From Myxococcota bacterium (GTDB taxonomy: Bacteria > Myxococcota_A > Bradymonadia > UBA4248 > JAVFAO01), in assembly GCA_034002465.1 (NCBI GenBank), contig JAVFAO010000001.1:1086-65085 (forward strand): 64,000 nucleotides of DNA, written 5' to 3'. Position numbers and translations under genes: made by a program. Below, in pieces: positions 21,106-31,360 of the stretch. Each line of letters opens with the position of its first letter. Position 1 is the first letter of the stretch. A model generated the notes under the pieces. That model searched no databases, was not told where the DNA came from, and saw nothing but the letters and a program-made list of their open reading frames with translations.

Positions 21106-21828
21106 ATGAGAGCAGCGAGGGTTCTGGGGGTGATATTTGGCATCTTGGCTTGGACGGGAGTGGAGGCGAAGGACCTTGATTTTTCGGAGCTCGAGCCGCT
21201 GCGTTTGGCAGCGCCAAGTCGGACACCAGATGTGGAGGTGCTGGCGACGCGGATGAAGATGGACTCGGGTGCGTTGTTGTTTCCTGAGCATGTGGGTCAG
21301 GATCGCTTCGTCACGCTGGGTGCACAGTGCACGGCTGAGGCCTGTGTGGTGAAGCTGGTGTTGGCGGATGTCGACGCCAAGTTGCTGACCCAGATTGTGT
21401 TGGTGGAGCAGGATGTGTATACGGGAGCCGATGTCAGCGCTTCATCCGTCGCGCTCGTGGAGCTGTTTGCTTCGGGTTCGCCGGTGGTACTTGCAGAGTA
21501 TGAGCGATGCGGCGAGCCACAGCCTGCCGTTGGCCCGCAGTGCGAGCGCTATCGTGCGCTCTTCGATGTGGAGCGTGGGGTGTTGCTGTGGCATGAGCGG
21601 GTTTCGGCGAGCGGCGCTGGTGGTCTTCAGGACTGCAGTTCGACGATGAAAGCGAGTGTCGGGGAGAAGGGGGTGGTCCTCAGTCTGAGCATGGATTGTT
21701 GGGATGCCATCTGCCGCGATGATCCGTCGTACTGCACGGACGCTCCGAGCAAGACTGAGCGGACCTGGCGCTGGGATGAAGGGGCCCGAGAATTCAAACC
21801 TGGAGGGCAGCCCTCGACCGGTAAGTAG
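21106..21828 (+). CDS. Hypothetical secreted protein
   Basis: Start MRAARVLGVIFGILAWTGVEA (signal peptide); coherent high-GC3 ORF. No domain recognised. Confidence 0.5.
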   Translation: MRAARVLGVIFGILAWTGVEAKDLDFSELEPLRLAAPSRTPDVEVLATRMKMDSGALLFPEHVGQDRFVTLGAQCTAEACVVKLVLADVDAKLLTQIVLVEQDVYTGADVSASSVALVELFASGSPVVLAEYERCGEPQPAVGPQCERYRALFDVERGVLLWHERVSASGAGGLQDCSSTMKASVGEKGVVLSLSMDCWDAICRDDPSYCTDAPSKTERTWRWDEGAREFKPGGQPSTGK

Positions 21829-21922
21829 AATACAGACGTGAGGCTGCATCAGCGCTCGCAGGGGCAGAGCGTTCCGGTTTGCCCATTGACTCGAGCCGCT
21901 CACCGAATTTGGAAATGCGACT

Positions 21923-23437
21923 TCAGTTGAGGATGAAGTAGGCTGCGACAGTGCCAGCGCCGCCGAGCAGCAGGATGATCAGGATGATCCAGAGCAGGGT
22001 GTTGCTAGGGGGGGCGACGGGCTCACCGAGGTTGTAGCCGGGGTCGGGGTAGGCTGGCCCTTGGGGACCGTTTTGCCCGTAGGCGCGGCGCATCTGGTCG
22101 ACGTTGATGGGCACGGTCGACTGCTCTGCGAGCTCTCGTTGTGGACCCTGCTGTTGATATCCCTGCTGTTGGTACCCCTGCTGTTGTTGGTACCCCTGCT
22201 GTTGTGGGTACCCCTGTTGTTGTGGGTACCCCTGCTGTGGGTAGGCTTGCTGAGCCTGTTGCTGTTGGTACCCTTGTTGAGGGTACCCTTGCTGTTGCGG
22301 CTGCCCCTGCTGCTGTGCGGGAGGAGCGTTTCTCGGGCCTGGTTGAGGCGGAGGAGGGGGGGCGCCGCCGACGGACTGGAGGGGCAGGGTTTTGGGCTTC
22401 TTGGCGGGGTTGGCGCGGCTGACGGCAAGAAACTTGTTGAGGTCGATGGCGCTGGTTTTTTCTTCGTAGGCGGTGGAGACGCCTTGTCCAGTGGCGAGAT
22501 AGTTGCGGAAGTCCATCCCTAGCTCTGGGGCGTTGCGCTGTCTTTGCTTGGGGTCGCAGCGCAGAGCTTTGGCGATGATGGTCCAGAGGGGGTAGGGGAT
22601 GGTGGGGGGGCCAACGAGATCCTCGTCGAGCTGTTGGGTCCTCATCTTGAGGTAGTCGAGGAGGCTACGTGCGTATTCCGCTTGTGATGAAGTGTTTGGC
22701 TGGAAGGGGAACAGTTTGGCACCGGTGAACATCTCGAAGGCGATCAGGCCGAGGCTGTAGACGTCTGTCCAAGTGTCTGTTTGCGCAAGACTTTCGTCTT
22801 CGATTGAGGGGTCGGAGAACTGCTCTGGGGCCATATATTCGGGAGTTCCCGCAAGTACGCCCTTGTCCAGGTTCTCTGCGAAGTCGCGTCCCGAGACGAT
22901 GTCCTCGGATTCGAAGAGCTTGAGCAGGCCTTGGGCGTCCTTGACGAGGCCGAGGTCCATCAGCTTCACCTGCCAGTTGCGGTTGAGCATGATGTTGTCG
23001 GGTTTGACGTCGCGGTGCACGAGACCAAGCTCGTGCAGACCACCGAAGGCGTCGCAGAGCTGGACCATGAACTGACAGCCCTCAGTGGCTCCCCAGACGG
23101 GACGATGCTTGAGGGTGTCCTTGAGGGTGGCCCCGTCTACGTATTCCATTGCCAGGAAGGGGAACCCTTCCTGTGTGTAGCCATCTCCGTAATACTGAAT
23201 ACAGAACTGGTTCGCCGGAAGCTGCTTGAGAACCTTGATCTCGCGGCTGAACCGTTTGCGAGCATCGTCTGTGGAGTTGTACTGAACCTTGACGGCGACG
23301 GGATATTCGTTGGCCATCGTGGCGTAGTACACGTAAGCGAAGGCACCCGCCCCAACGAAGTGTCGGATCGTATAGCCCCCGGGCAGCGTCTTGTTCAGGA
23401 AGTAGCTACGATCGGGTTTCATTCGCTTGCTGACCAC
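21923..23437 (-). CDS. Ser/Thr protein kinase with a Pro/Gln-rich linker and C-terminal TM anchor
   Basis: Kinase motifs VAVK, HRDVKPDNIML, DLGL and APE. A long PQ/QGY low-complexity region. C-terminal TM helix LLWIILIILLLGGAGTVAAYFIL. Confidence 0.9.
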   Translation of the reverse strand: MVSKRMKPDRSYFLNKTLPGGYTIRHFVGAGAFAYVYYATMANEYPVAVKVQYNSTDDARKRFSREIKVLKQLPANQFCIQYYGDGYTQEGFPFLAMEYVDGATLKDTLKHRPVWGATEGCQFMVQLCDAFGGLHELGLVHRDVKPDNIMLNRNWQVKLMDLGLVKDAQGLLKLFESEDIVSGRDFAENLDKGVLAGTPEYMAPEQFSDPSIEDESLAQTDTWTDVYSLGLIAFEMFTGAKLFPFQPNTSSQAEYARSLLDYLKMRTQQLDEDLVGPPTIPYPLWTIIAKALRCDPKQRQRNAPELGMDFRNYLATGQGVSTAYEEKTSAIDLNKFLAVSRANPAKKPKTLPLQSVGGAPPPPPQPGPRNAPPAQQQGQPQQQGYPQQGYQQQQAQQAYPQQGYPQQQGYPQQQGYQQQQGYQQQGYQQQGPQRELAEQSTVPINVDQMRRAYGQNGPQGPAYPDPGYNLGEPVAPPSNTLLWIILIILLLGGAGTVAAYFILN

Positions 23438-23608
23438 GCTTCGTCAGTGGGCACCCTTCAACACGGAATGCCAGCCACATTCTGCACACAGACGGCTCGA
23501 ATTCGCAAGTTTACAATGCATCTGCTTCGTGAGCTCTTTGCGCCCCTCAGCGCGTCTGCAAGCTGTCTCGCGCTTCGATGGGGCAGCGCCCAAAGCACAA
23601 AGAGACGA

Positions 23609-24073
23609 TCAGTCCGCTGCACCTGCGAAATCGCATTGCCGCCACGCTTCATACAGCGCACAGCTCACGGCGCAAGCCAAATTGATGCTGCGCACCCCTG
23701 TGCGACGAATCGGTATCCATCGAAGGCGATCTTCGAAACGCAGGCGCAGCTCGCTGTCCAATCCCTTCGTCTCACGTCCGAAAACCAGAACGTCTCCGGG
23801 CTGATACGCACATTCTGCGTAGCACTGCCGCGCGTGAGTGGAGAAGAGGTGCAGTTTCGTGCGGGCAAAGATGGCTTCCACCTGCGCGAAATCTTGGTGT
23901 AGCGTCAAACCCACATTGGGCCAGTAGTCCAGCCCCGCGCGCTTGAGTTGACTGTCATCCAACTGAAATCCCAGAGGTTCGACCAAGTGGAGGTGCGCGC
24001 CTGTGGCGGCGCACAGCCGCGCGATGGTGCCAGTGTTCGGGGGAATCTCTGGGCTGACCAAGACGACGTGCAA
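23609..24073 (-). CDS. trmL: tRNA (cytidine/uridine-2'-O)-methyltransferase TrmL (SpoU family)
   Basis: (M)HVVLVSPEIPPNTGTIARLCAATGAHLHLVEPLGF matches the TrmL N-terminus. A TTG start at 24073 is proposed; the longest ORF extends to 24286. Confidence 0.7.
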   Translation of the reverse strand: MHVVLVSPEIPPNTGTIARLCAATGAHLHLVEPLGFQLDDSQLKRAGLDYWPNVGLTLHQDFAQVEAIFARTKLHLFSTHARQCYAECAYQPGDVLVFGRETKGLDSELRLRFEDRLRWIPIRRTGVRSINLACAVSCALYEAWRQCDFAGAAD

Positions 24074-24186
24074 GCTCTGGTCGGCCGCTGTGCCCCAGAG
24101 CGGCGAAGGAGGAGTCAAAGGTAGTTTTGCCAAGCCAGCCTCCAACGTAGACGACAAGCGCCAATCCCCTTGCCAGATTCTGTGCT

Positions 24187-24675
24187 TTGGTGCAACACAA
24201 GACTCGGTCCGAGCGATGTGCTCGGCCGCTGGAGGCTGCTGTGGTCTTCTGGACGAGTCTGCTTCTCGCTGCTTGCGCTTTCTCACAGCTCGACGATGAC
24301 GCTCAGCTTCAGTGGTCGGTTCACCTCCACAGCCCTGAGCTGGGGCTGGCCGATAGTGACCTGAACTTGCTCTTCGATGGGAAGAGCTGTTTCGAGGCGC
24401 AAGTTGATGGCGCGAGTTGCAAGCCGCTCCCTGCCCAAGCCCGAGCTGGGTGGCGTCGTTCGACCTGCTCAGTGCTGCCCTCGCCTCTCTCGGCTTCGCT
24501 CGACGTGTGTCAGGAGGTGGTCGCCGTGCACTGTGAGTTTGGCGCCGGAAGTCTGCGCTATGAGGCTTGGAGAGAGGGTTCGAGCATCAGGCTCTTGCAG
24601 CGTGAGCGCGACCCCGACGGGCAGCACGGCGAGCGGGTCCAGATGCGTGTGCTAGCACCCCTGGAGCATCCATGA
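24187..24675 (+). CDS. Hypothetical small protein, translationally coupled to the downstream radical SAM gene
   Basis: 162-aa ORF with a hydrophobic N-terminal segment (VVFWTSLLLAACAF). Its stop overlaps the ATG of the next gene (ATGA). Confidence 0.4.
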   Translation: MVQHKTRSERCARPLEAAVVFWTSLLLAACAFSQLDDDAQLQWSVHLHSPELGLADSDLNLLFDGKSCFEAQVDGASCKPLPAQARAGWRRSTCSVLPSPLSASLDVCQEVVAVHCEFGAGSLRYEAWREGSSIRLLQRERDPDGQHGERVQMRVLAPLEHP

Positions 24676-26144
24676 GCAAGCGCCGTGCTCCGCGGGAGCT
24701 TCCCAGTCGGGCCCGCTTGCTCGCCGCAGAACGCGGGGCTCCGATCACCCGAGGGGCCCATGCCGTCGCGCTGCTCGCCCCCGTTCCCTATGCCACTGCC
24801 ATGAGCTCGCTCGGTTTCCAGACCGTGCATCGGCTGCTCGCCGAGCTGCCTGAGCTCTGTATCGAGCGCTTCTTCCTTCCTGAGACAGGGGAGAGCCTGC
24901 TCAGCTTCGAGAGCGCGCGCAGCGTCCATGAGTTCGCGCTGATCGCTGTTTCGCTCGCTTGGGAGAATGAGCTCATCGGCCTGATGAGTTGTTTACAAGC
25001 TGCCGGTATCGCGCCGTGGGCGGCGGAGCGCGCTCCCGACAGCCCACCCATCCTCTTGGGAGGCCCCATCACCTATGCCAATCCGTTGGCGTTTGCTCCG
25101 TTCTGCGATGTCATGCTCATGGGGGAGGCCGAGGGCTTGCTCGAGCGGATGCTGCACGCCCAGCTCGAGGCGCCAGACAAGGCGACTTGGCTCGCCCGCA
25201 TCGGCGACTGGGATGGTGTCTATGTGCCGGCACTTCATGGCGAATGTCTGCGTCCATTGAACTGTGCTCCAGACACTGCCCTGCCTGCACGCTCGCTGAT
25301 CTACTCGCCCTACGCCGAGTTCGCCGACATGCATCTGGTGGAGCTGGCCCGCGGTTGTTCGCGACGATGTGCTTTCTGCGTGATGCGCCGACAGACCGGG
25401 CGCAGCATGCGCGTGCTCAGCGCCGAGAGAGTGCTCGCTGCGGCAGACGTCGAGCTGGAGCGTGTTGGGCTGGTTGGTGCTGCGGTCAGCGATCATCCCC
25501 AGCTTCTCGAGGTGCTCGAAGCTCTGCTCGCCCGAGGGCAGCACTGCAGTCTTTCGAGTGTGCGGGCTGACCGGGTCAGCGAGCCGTTGGTGGCGCTGCT
25601 GCGTGCAGGTGGTGCGCGACGTTTGACCGTGGGGGTGGATGGGGCGAGTCAGCGTTTGCGTGATGCGCTGTTCAAGGGGATACGCCTCTCCGACATCGAG
25701 CGTTGCATCGACATTGCGCGCTCACACGCGATGGCGCTGAAGTTCTATTTGATGATTGGGGTTCCCGGCGAACTCGATGAAGACCTGAGCGACTTCGCCA
25801 CCTGGCTCGCGAGCGCCGTCCGCGGTACGCGAAGCAGCCTGGCGGTGTCACCCTTCGTGCCCAAAGCGCATACGCCTTTGGAGAGAGAGGGGTTTGCGCC
25901 GGCTGCTGAGCTCGAGCGCCGTTTGGGCATTCTGCGCAAGCTCTTGGGAGGCAAAGTGGAGCTGCGAGCCACCAGCGTTCGATGGGCACGGGTCGAAGCT
26001 GCCATCGCTGGCGCTCCCTGGTCTCTGGCCGAGCGGGCTTGGCGAGCACACTGCGCTGGGGGGAGCTTTGCCGCCTGGCGCGATGAGGTGCTCACTTGGA
26101 GCGAGCAGCAGGATCCCGCTTCACGTCCTTGGCTGGAGAGCTGA
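24672..26144 (+). CDS. B12-binding-domain radical SAM protein (TIGR03960-like)
   Basis: CxxxCxxC motif ELARGCSRRCAFCVMRR, an N-terminal B12-binding-like region, and a C-terminal alpha/beta region typical of this rSAM subfamily. Confidence 0.8.
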   Translation: MSKRRAPRELPSRARLLAAERGAPITRGAHAVALLAPVPYATAMSSLGFQTVHRLLAELPELCIERFFLPETGESLLSFESARSVHEFALIAVSLAWENELIGLMSCLQAAGIAPWAAERAPDSPPILLGGPITYANPLAFAPFCDVMLMGEAEGLLERMLHAQLEAPDKATWLARIGDWDGVYVPALHGECLRPLNCAPDTALPARSLIYSPYAEFADMHLVELARGCSRRCAFCVMRRQTGRSMRVLSAERVLAAADVELERVGLVGAAVSDHPQLLEVLEALLARGQHCSLSSVRADRVSEPLVALLRAGGARRLTVGVDGASQRLRDALFKGIRLSDIERCIDIARSHAMALKFYLMIGVPGELDEDLSDFATWLASAVRGTRSSLAVSPFVPKAHTPLEREGFAPAAELERRLGILRKLLGGKVELRATSVRWARVEAAIAGAPWSLAERAWRAHCAGGSFAAWRDEVLTWSEQQDPASRPWLES

Positions 26145-26189
26145 GCGTCACTCGTTGCTGCTCTGGGCCCTTTTGGGGTGATGGATTTC

Positions 26190-26226
26190 GTGTCGATTGG
26201 GCGCTTGTCCTGTTCCCCCAAGTTGT
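26190..26226 (-). repeat. Family-1 repeat, single unit
   Basis: gtgtcgattgggcgcttgtcctgttcccccaagttg. Confidence 0.85.
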
Positions 26227-26302
26227 TGTGTGCCATCCCTGGCACGCATTCTTCGGGCTGCCATCGCAGCGAGTCTCTGCCTCCTGGCTTCGACTTGTCT
26301 TG

Positions 26303-26352
26303 GTGGGGCGCTGCCGCCTAAGGTCTAGCCTTTGGAATCCCTTCTCTTTTTG
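26303..26352 (+). repeat. Family-2 double-hairpin element (degenerate)
   Basis: ggtggggcgctgccgcctaaggtctagcctttggaatcccttctctttttg, between convergent genes. Confidence 0.65.
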
Positions 26353-26366
26353 ATGTCGAGATGGGG

Positions 26367-27179
26367 TTAGCGGGCTCGAGCCAAGCCTCCCGAGCCGCTC
26401 AAGGGGCTCTTGCCCTTGCTGACGGAGCGGTCTTTGTCGCGGCCCAAGTACAGCAGAAGGAGCAGGTAGGCGGGCACACCGAGCAAGGCAAGGGCGAGGT
26501 AGCTGTGCAGGTAGAAGGCACCGAGGGCACAGCCGAGCAGGCCGAAGAAGCCGAGCGCAAAGCCCAGGCGGGGGGCGGCTGGCGAGTGATCGAAGAAGAG
26601 TAGCGCGAGCACACCGGCGAGCACCGCGAGCAGCAGCGCCGAGAGAATGGCAATGGCGGAGGAGATGTCGACAAGCCGTGCGGAATACAATTGATGGAGC
26701 GCGAAAGCGGCAGCAGCGATGCTCACGAGCCCGCATAAGACCGAGGCAATCAGCCATTGGCGGGGCCGCGGCCGCTTCTCCTGCTCCCCGCGTCGACGCA
26801 AGAGCAGTCCGATGCGGAAGCGGGTCCAGGTTTGATGGGCTGCGAGCATCGATACGCCGCCAAAGGGCAGTAGCGCGAGGCCTGCTACAAAGAGCAGCCG
26901 CACCCCGAGCTTCACTTGGTCCCGTTGTAGCTGCCAGGCTCCGAAGAGAGAGGCGGCGCACCACACTGTGGCCCACACGCCGACGAGTGTTGCCCAAGCT
27001 GGCCAAGCGTAGGCCAGACCCAAGATGGCGAACAAGCTGCCTGCAACGTTGAGGAGAACGCCAATTTTGACCAGTCCGCTCACTTTGTCTCCCCACGGGT
27101 TGACCATTCTCGAGCTGAGCTCGAGCGACGCGAGGCCAGATGCTTCCTTGGTGTGAAGCAAAGCTGTCGCCTCTGGCAT
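26367..27179 (-). CDS. Hypothetical polytopic membrane protein
   Basis: 6-7 predicted hydrophobic helices (e.g. IGVLLNVAGSLFAILGLAYAW, LLFVAGLALLPFGGVSMLAA). No known motif. Alternative start at 27107. Confidence 0.5.
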   Translation of the reverse strand: MPEATALLHTKEASGLASLELSSRMVNPWGDKVSGLVKIGVLLNVAGSLFAILGLAYAWPAWATLVGVWATVWCAASLFGAWQLQRDQVKLGVRLLFVAGLALLPFGGVSMLAAHQTWTRFRIGLLLRRRGEQEKRPRPRQWLIASVLCGLVSIAAAAFALHQLYSARLVDISSAIAILSALLLAVLAGVLALLFFDHSPAAPRLGFALGFFGLLGCALGAFYLHSYLALALLGVPAYLLLLLYLGRDKDRSVSKGKSPLSGSGGLARAR

Positions 27180-27321
27180 GGATGTCAGGGCGTGTGCAGA
27201 GGCCTCGTGTCAGCGCCTGCTGACGGCAAAGAGCATGGACAATCGCATTTTCCCTGTCAATCGTCATTCGCGCGAGCGTTGGAACGCGCCGTCGAGGAGC
27301 CTTCGGCGTGTCGGCGCGCGG

Positions 27322-28557
27322 TCAGTGCCACAGGCCTAGGGAGAGGAGCAAATTGAAGTAGTTGGGGGCGAGGTCGGCACCTGCGGTGAAGCGCCAAGGC
27401 CAAATGAAATCGGGGAGGTGGAGGTCGACGGAGGTGGTCACGTGCAAGCGACCGTCGATATCATCGTAACGCGAGGGTTCCCAGTAGCTTCCGATGCGTG
27501 CGCGCATGACGTCCGGCCAAAACTCCGCTTCGGCTCCCAGGCGCAGGCTGAGCGAGAGCTGGCGACCTGCAGGTTGAAGCGTCTGCTCGAACCAGGCTGC
27601 AAGTGAGGATGCGTGTTTGCTGGCGCCGAAGAGCAGGAGATCGGCAGCGATGAGCCAGTATTCTCGAAACATGGGAGCGCTGTATTGGTCTCGAGCCCAG
27701 CTCCGTTCGTCGCCGAAGCTAGGACGCGGGTTGAGTCGCCGAGGACCAAAAGAGTAGACGGCACCGACACCCAGCTCCCAGGGGGCAAGCACTCTGTTCG
27801 GCATCAGCATGGGGGTGTTCTCGACTTGCGCGGAAATGACCTCCTGATGTGCAGGTAAGCGTGCGACCAAGCCTACTCGGAACTGCTCTTTCTGAGGGCG
27901 CCAGAGCAGTCCACTGTTGAGCTGCACTGTGTTCAGCGCGAGCTTGGGGTTGGCGTCACCATCGTTTCCGACGAGCGAGATGTCCGTCCTTGGAAAGCTG
28001 AGCTCCGTGGCGAGCATGAGCTCGCCGTCGGCGAGGGCGTAGCCGAAGACGAAACCTCCGTTGATGGTGGAGGCAGTGGCTGAGGCGAAGTCACAGGAGG
28101 GTTCATGGCACTGCACTTCGAAGCTGCTTCCATAGAGGCTGAGGGCGATGCCGAAGCGGCCGAAGTTCAATGAGAAACTCGCGTTGATCAGGGAATCCAT
28201 TCCCCGTTCGAAGACGCTTGGGCCGCGGTTGTCGACATCGGTCCAGTCTCCAAGGTTGACGTTGAGCCAGTCGAGGGTCCAGTCCCAGTCGAAGAACTCT
28301 CCACCATTTCGGGCGTTGCGGTTGACCACGGCGGCGGGTTGGCAGAAGAGCGAAGAAGCTCCCTCTGCGATGGCGAGGCAGCTGCCGCCCCTTCCGACGA
28401 TGTCGGCGGCACCGACCACTGGGCCACGGAACGCTTCGAGGGACCAGCTCGGTTCGTAGTCCTGCGCGTGACAAGGCTGCCAGAGCCAGCACAGCAGTGG
28501 CAGCACCAGTGCCAGGTGAGTCACAATGGCGATGGGATGGCACACACGTGAGCGCAT
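27322..28557 (-). CDS. Putative outer-membrane beta-barrel protein
   Basis: Start MRSRVCHPIAIVTHLALVLPLLCWLWQPCHA (signal). Alternating amphipathic strands. C-terminal ..LLLSLGLWH. The longest ORF extends to 28710. Confidence 0.55.
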   Translation of the reverse strand: MRSRVCHPIAIVTHLALVLPLLCWLWQPCHAQDYEPSWSLEAFRGPVVGAADIVGRGGSCLAIAEGASSLFCQPAAVVNRNARNGGEFFDWDWTLDWLNVNLGDWTDVDNRGPSVFERGMDSLINASFSLNFGRFGIALSLYGSSFEVQCHEPSCDFASATASTINGGFVFGYALADGELMLATELSFPRTDISLVGNDGDANPKLALNTVQLNSGLLWRPQKEQFRVGLVARLPAHQEVISAQVENTPMLMPNRVLAPWELGVGAVYSFGPRRLNPRPSFGDERSWARDQYSAPMFREYWLIAADLLLFGASKHASSLAAWFEQTLQPAGRQLSLSLRLGAEAEFWPDVMRARIGSYWEPSRYDDIDGRLHVTTSVDLHLPDFIWPWRFTAGADLAPNYFNLLLSLGLWH

Positions 28558-28984
28558 GAGAAAGCAGGCGGGGCTCGAGGGCGGGCAGTGCTGTGCTTTT
28601 TGCCTCAGACTTGGCCAAAAGCAACGAAGAAAAGGGGCAGGCGCTGCGTCGAGGGACGCGGCGGACCCAGCATAGCGAAAAACACGGTGGAACACCGCAG
28701 AACACTGCAACCCCCCGAATTTAACCGTGGCTGTAGGTGGTTATACTATTGGGATCGTCCAGGCATCCTGGGCTGAGCGTGGTACAGTCCTTGCTCAGAT
28801 GTTGGGATGCGAGGGCCGAGGAGCCCTGGCCAAGACGACCCGCAACCAGTTGTCGCGTTTGAAGGGTTGCGAGTGCAGACGGTCGGGGTTGGCTCGAGTC
28901 ACACCGCCTCAATGAGGCGCAACCGGTCTGCACGAGGCTCGTGGGGTTCGCCCTGAGAACGAGCGCACCGAACAGGGAGGTTCG

Positions 28985-29479
28985 GTGATGGCAGAACGCT
29001 CTCGACGGCTTCCGACCCTAATGGAGGTGAACATGAGCTCGCAACGCGCAATCATCTTCGCGCTCGATTCGATCATCACCGTGGCTGAGGACGAGCGCGG
29101 TTATCACTGGCGTTTTGACCCTCAACTCCCTGGATTGCTTAGGGATTACAAGGCGCTGGGTTATCGGCTCATCGGCATTTTCGATCCGATGGCGTTCGCC
29201 GTCGACCTGGACGATCCTGCCGATGGCATCGAGATCATGGCGTACATCAATGCCTTGCTGCGCGCGGCTGGGGCCCCGGAGTTCGAGGCGATTCATCTGG
29301 CCGAGGATCCCAGTGATCCGCGGCCCATCTGGGATCTCCGGCGGCGTTTCGGGTTTTCCTTGGCCCACTCGATCCTGGTGGCCGTTGATGAGCAGTATGA
29401 GGCGCTGCGAAACAATGCAGGAATTGGGCGCTTCGAATGGGCGCCGGCTCTGCTGGGTCCGGTGGCGGCTGTTGGCTGA
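28985..29479 (+). CDS. Hypothetical protein
   Basis: 164-aa ORF with coding-like GC3. No recognisable motif. Confidence 0.4.
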   Translation: MMAERSRRLPTLMEVNMSSQRAIIFALDSIITVAEDERGYHWRFDPQLPGLLRDYKALGYRLIGIFDPMAFAVDLDDPADGIEIMAYINALLRAAGAPEFEAIHLAEDPSDPRPIWDLRRRFGFSLAHSILVAVDEQYEALRNNAGIGRFEWAPALLGPVAAVG

Positions 29480-29573
29480 CTCGGTCGGATGACAATTTTC
29501 CCAGTGTTCTCCGATGTTTTTCGCCTGAATCAGAGCGCACGCTTGGTCGGCGAGATGGCTGTTTCCCGAGGGC

Positions 29574-31196
29574 TTGCGCGCTGTTTTTTCCAGATGCAGG
29601 GTGGTCTCGTCTTTGGTGGGAGTTCATTTTCCTTTGTGTTTTCGAGCGCTTTACGGTAGGGTTGGTCTGCTTCTTGCGGCGCTGGCCCTCGTTTTGTTGG
29701 GGGCATGTCAGTCCGAAACGACCCAGCGTCCTGAGCCTGTTGAGCCGTCCAACGAGCAGGCTCAGCCGTCCGACACTGCAGCGGCCGTCATCGCGCAGGC
29801 TGACGGCGCGACGGTGGTTGCGCGAGCTGCTGCGCTGACGCTGAGCTTGGATGACTACCGTTTGGCCATTGCAAAGCTGCAGTTGCTTGGCTATGCGCCA
29901 AGCCCCCAGCAACTGGCCGATCCGGTTTTCCAGCAAGCGACAGCGCTTCGAGCGTTGCGTGTGCTGGCAGCGCGACAGCTTGCTGTGGAGCGTGAACTTC
30001 AGCTCAACGACGGGGCGCTGTTGGCGGTGTTGCGGGAGCATCCGAAGCTTCGTGAGCAGAGCGAGGCGAAGAGCCTGAGCGAGGCGCTGGCGGTGGTGTC
30101 TGAGGCGAGCGCAGTTCCTGTGGATGAAGTAAAGAGAATTATTGAGGATTTTGCTGTAGAGCAGGTGCTGCTGGCGAGGCTTCGCGAAGATGTCGATGAT
30201 GCGACGCTATGGAGCGCGTACCAGGCACAGCAGCGGCGCTTGAGCCTGCGTGTGGTGCGCCTGCTGAATGTGCCGAGCTCTGCGGAGATCAGTGACCGTG
30301 TGGAGCAGCAGCCGGAGCAGATTGCGCAGTACTATCGGTCGCATCTGCAGCGATACCAGCAAGCCGAGCGGCTCGAGCTGCGTCGACTGTTGTTGCCTTT
30401 GGCCACGGATGCCACTGAGCCGGAGCAGCTCGCCTGTTTGCAACGTGCGCAGGAGCTGGCTCAGCGAGCGCGGAGTGGGGAAGACTTCTTGAGCTTGGTG
30501 CGGGCGCACTCGGTCGATCCTGCGCGCGTGGCCAAGGATGGTTTGATGCCACCCATCGAAGGCAGCCGCTTTTCAGCCTACTCGCCCTTTGCGCCTGGGG
30601 AGATTCTGGGGCCGCAGCGAGAGGCGGAGTCGGTGGTGTTGTACCGGGTCGAACGAGTATTGCCGGCGCTAGAGCGTGAGCTGGATGCGTCACTGCAGAG
30701 GGAGATAGCGAGTCTGTTGATTCAGGCTGAGGGGCCTGCACCCAGTGTGCTGGCGTTGGCGAAGGATGTGGCGTTTGCGCTGCAGGCGGGGGATGAGCGG
30801 CAAGTCGATGTACTGATTGCGAATCATCCTTCGGATCGCTTTGAGTTCGAGAAGCTGCAGCTCCCAGGTCCTGGCCGCTTGCCCGAGTTAGGCTATGTGC
30901 CTCGACTGCGAGCGCTGCTCGATGCGGCAACGAGCGCTCCTGTGGTGCTTGCTCCGCTGCTTGATGGTGAGCATGTCTATGTGGCGCAGCTGCTTGCTGT
31001 CGACGAAGCCAGTCGGCAGCGCTACGCGTCGGAGCGCGAGCTTTTTCGCCGTCGCTGGTTGGAGCAGGAAGAAGGGCGACTCTTGGATGCATTGCTTGCT
31101 CAGCGCACTGGCGCGCAGGTGAGTTTTCAGCTTCGACCAGTGCAAATGGTCTATGGCGTGCTTCGCAAGGACGGTACGGTGATGCGCTTGGATTGA
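29574..31196 (+). CDS. SurA/PpiC-like (parvulin-type) periplasmic chaperone lipoprotein
   Basis: Lipobox LVLLGAC. Parvulin-like segment GEDFLSLVRAHSVDPARVAKDGLMPPIEGSRFSAYSPFAPGEI; the flanks are long helical chaperone-like regions. Confidence 0.55.
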   Translation: MRAVFSRCRVVSSLVGVHFPLCFRALYGRVGLLLAALALVLLGACQSETTQRPEPVEPSNEQAQPSDTAAAVIAQADGATVVARAAALTLSLDDYRLAIAKLQLLGYAPSPQQLADPVFQQATALRALRVLAARQLAVERELQLNDGALLAVLREHPKLREQSEAKSLSEALAVVSEASAVPVDEVKRIIEDFAVEQVLLARLREDVDDATLWSAYQAQQRRLSLRVVRLLNVPSSAEISDRVEQQPEQIAQYYRSHLQRYQQAERLELRRLLLPLATDATEPEQLACLQRAQELAQRARSGEDFLSLVRAHSVDPARVAKDGLMPPIEGSRFSAYSPFAPGEILGPQREAESVVLYRVERVLPALERELDASLQREIASLLIQAEGPAPSVLALAKDVAFALQAGDERQVDVLIANHPSDRFEFEKLQLPGPGRLPELGYVPRLRALLDAATSAPVVLAPLLDGEHVYVAQLLAVDEASRQRYASERELFRRRWLEQEEGRLLDALLAQRTGAQVSFQLRPVQMVYGVLRKDGTVMRLD

Positions 31197-31360
31197 GGCC
31201 ATGCAAAGAGGCAGCGAAGGTGCATACCCGGTCATGAAGCGGGGGCATAGCTCGAGAGCGGGCGACTGCATTGACGAGGACGGAGCAGCGGGGCATTGAG
31301 GTGATGGGCTCTGAACGCGGACGGTGTGGCTCTTGGTGAGCGGCGTTCGATGGACAAAGC

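Noticed and set aside
20619-21143. 174-aa minus-strand ORF in the 20585-21105 intergenic region
   Set aside because: Arg/Cys-rich, non-coding-like translation. It overlaps the start of the + strand secreted-protein gene and a family-2 repeat copy.
28711-28984. 275-bp intergenic region checked for tRNA, tmRNA, RNase P, SRP or 6S-like RNA
   Set aside because: No T-loop GTTCGAATC-type motif, no tmRNA ends, and no RNase P or SRP conserved blocks could be seen. I also found no tRNA-like T-loop elsewhere in the window.
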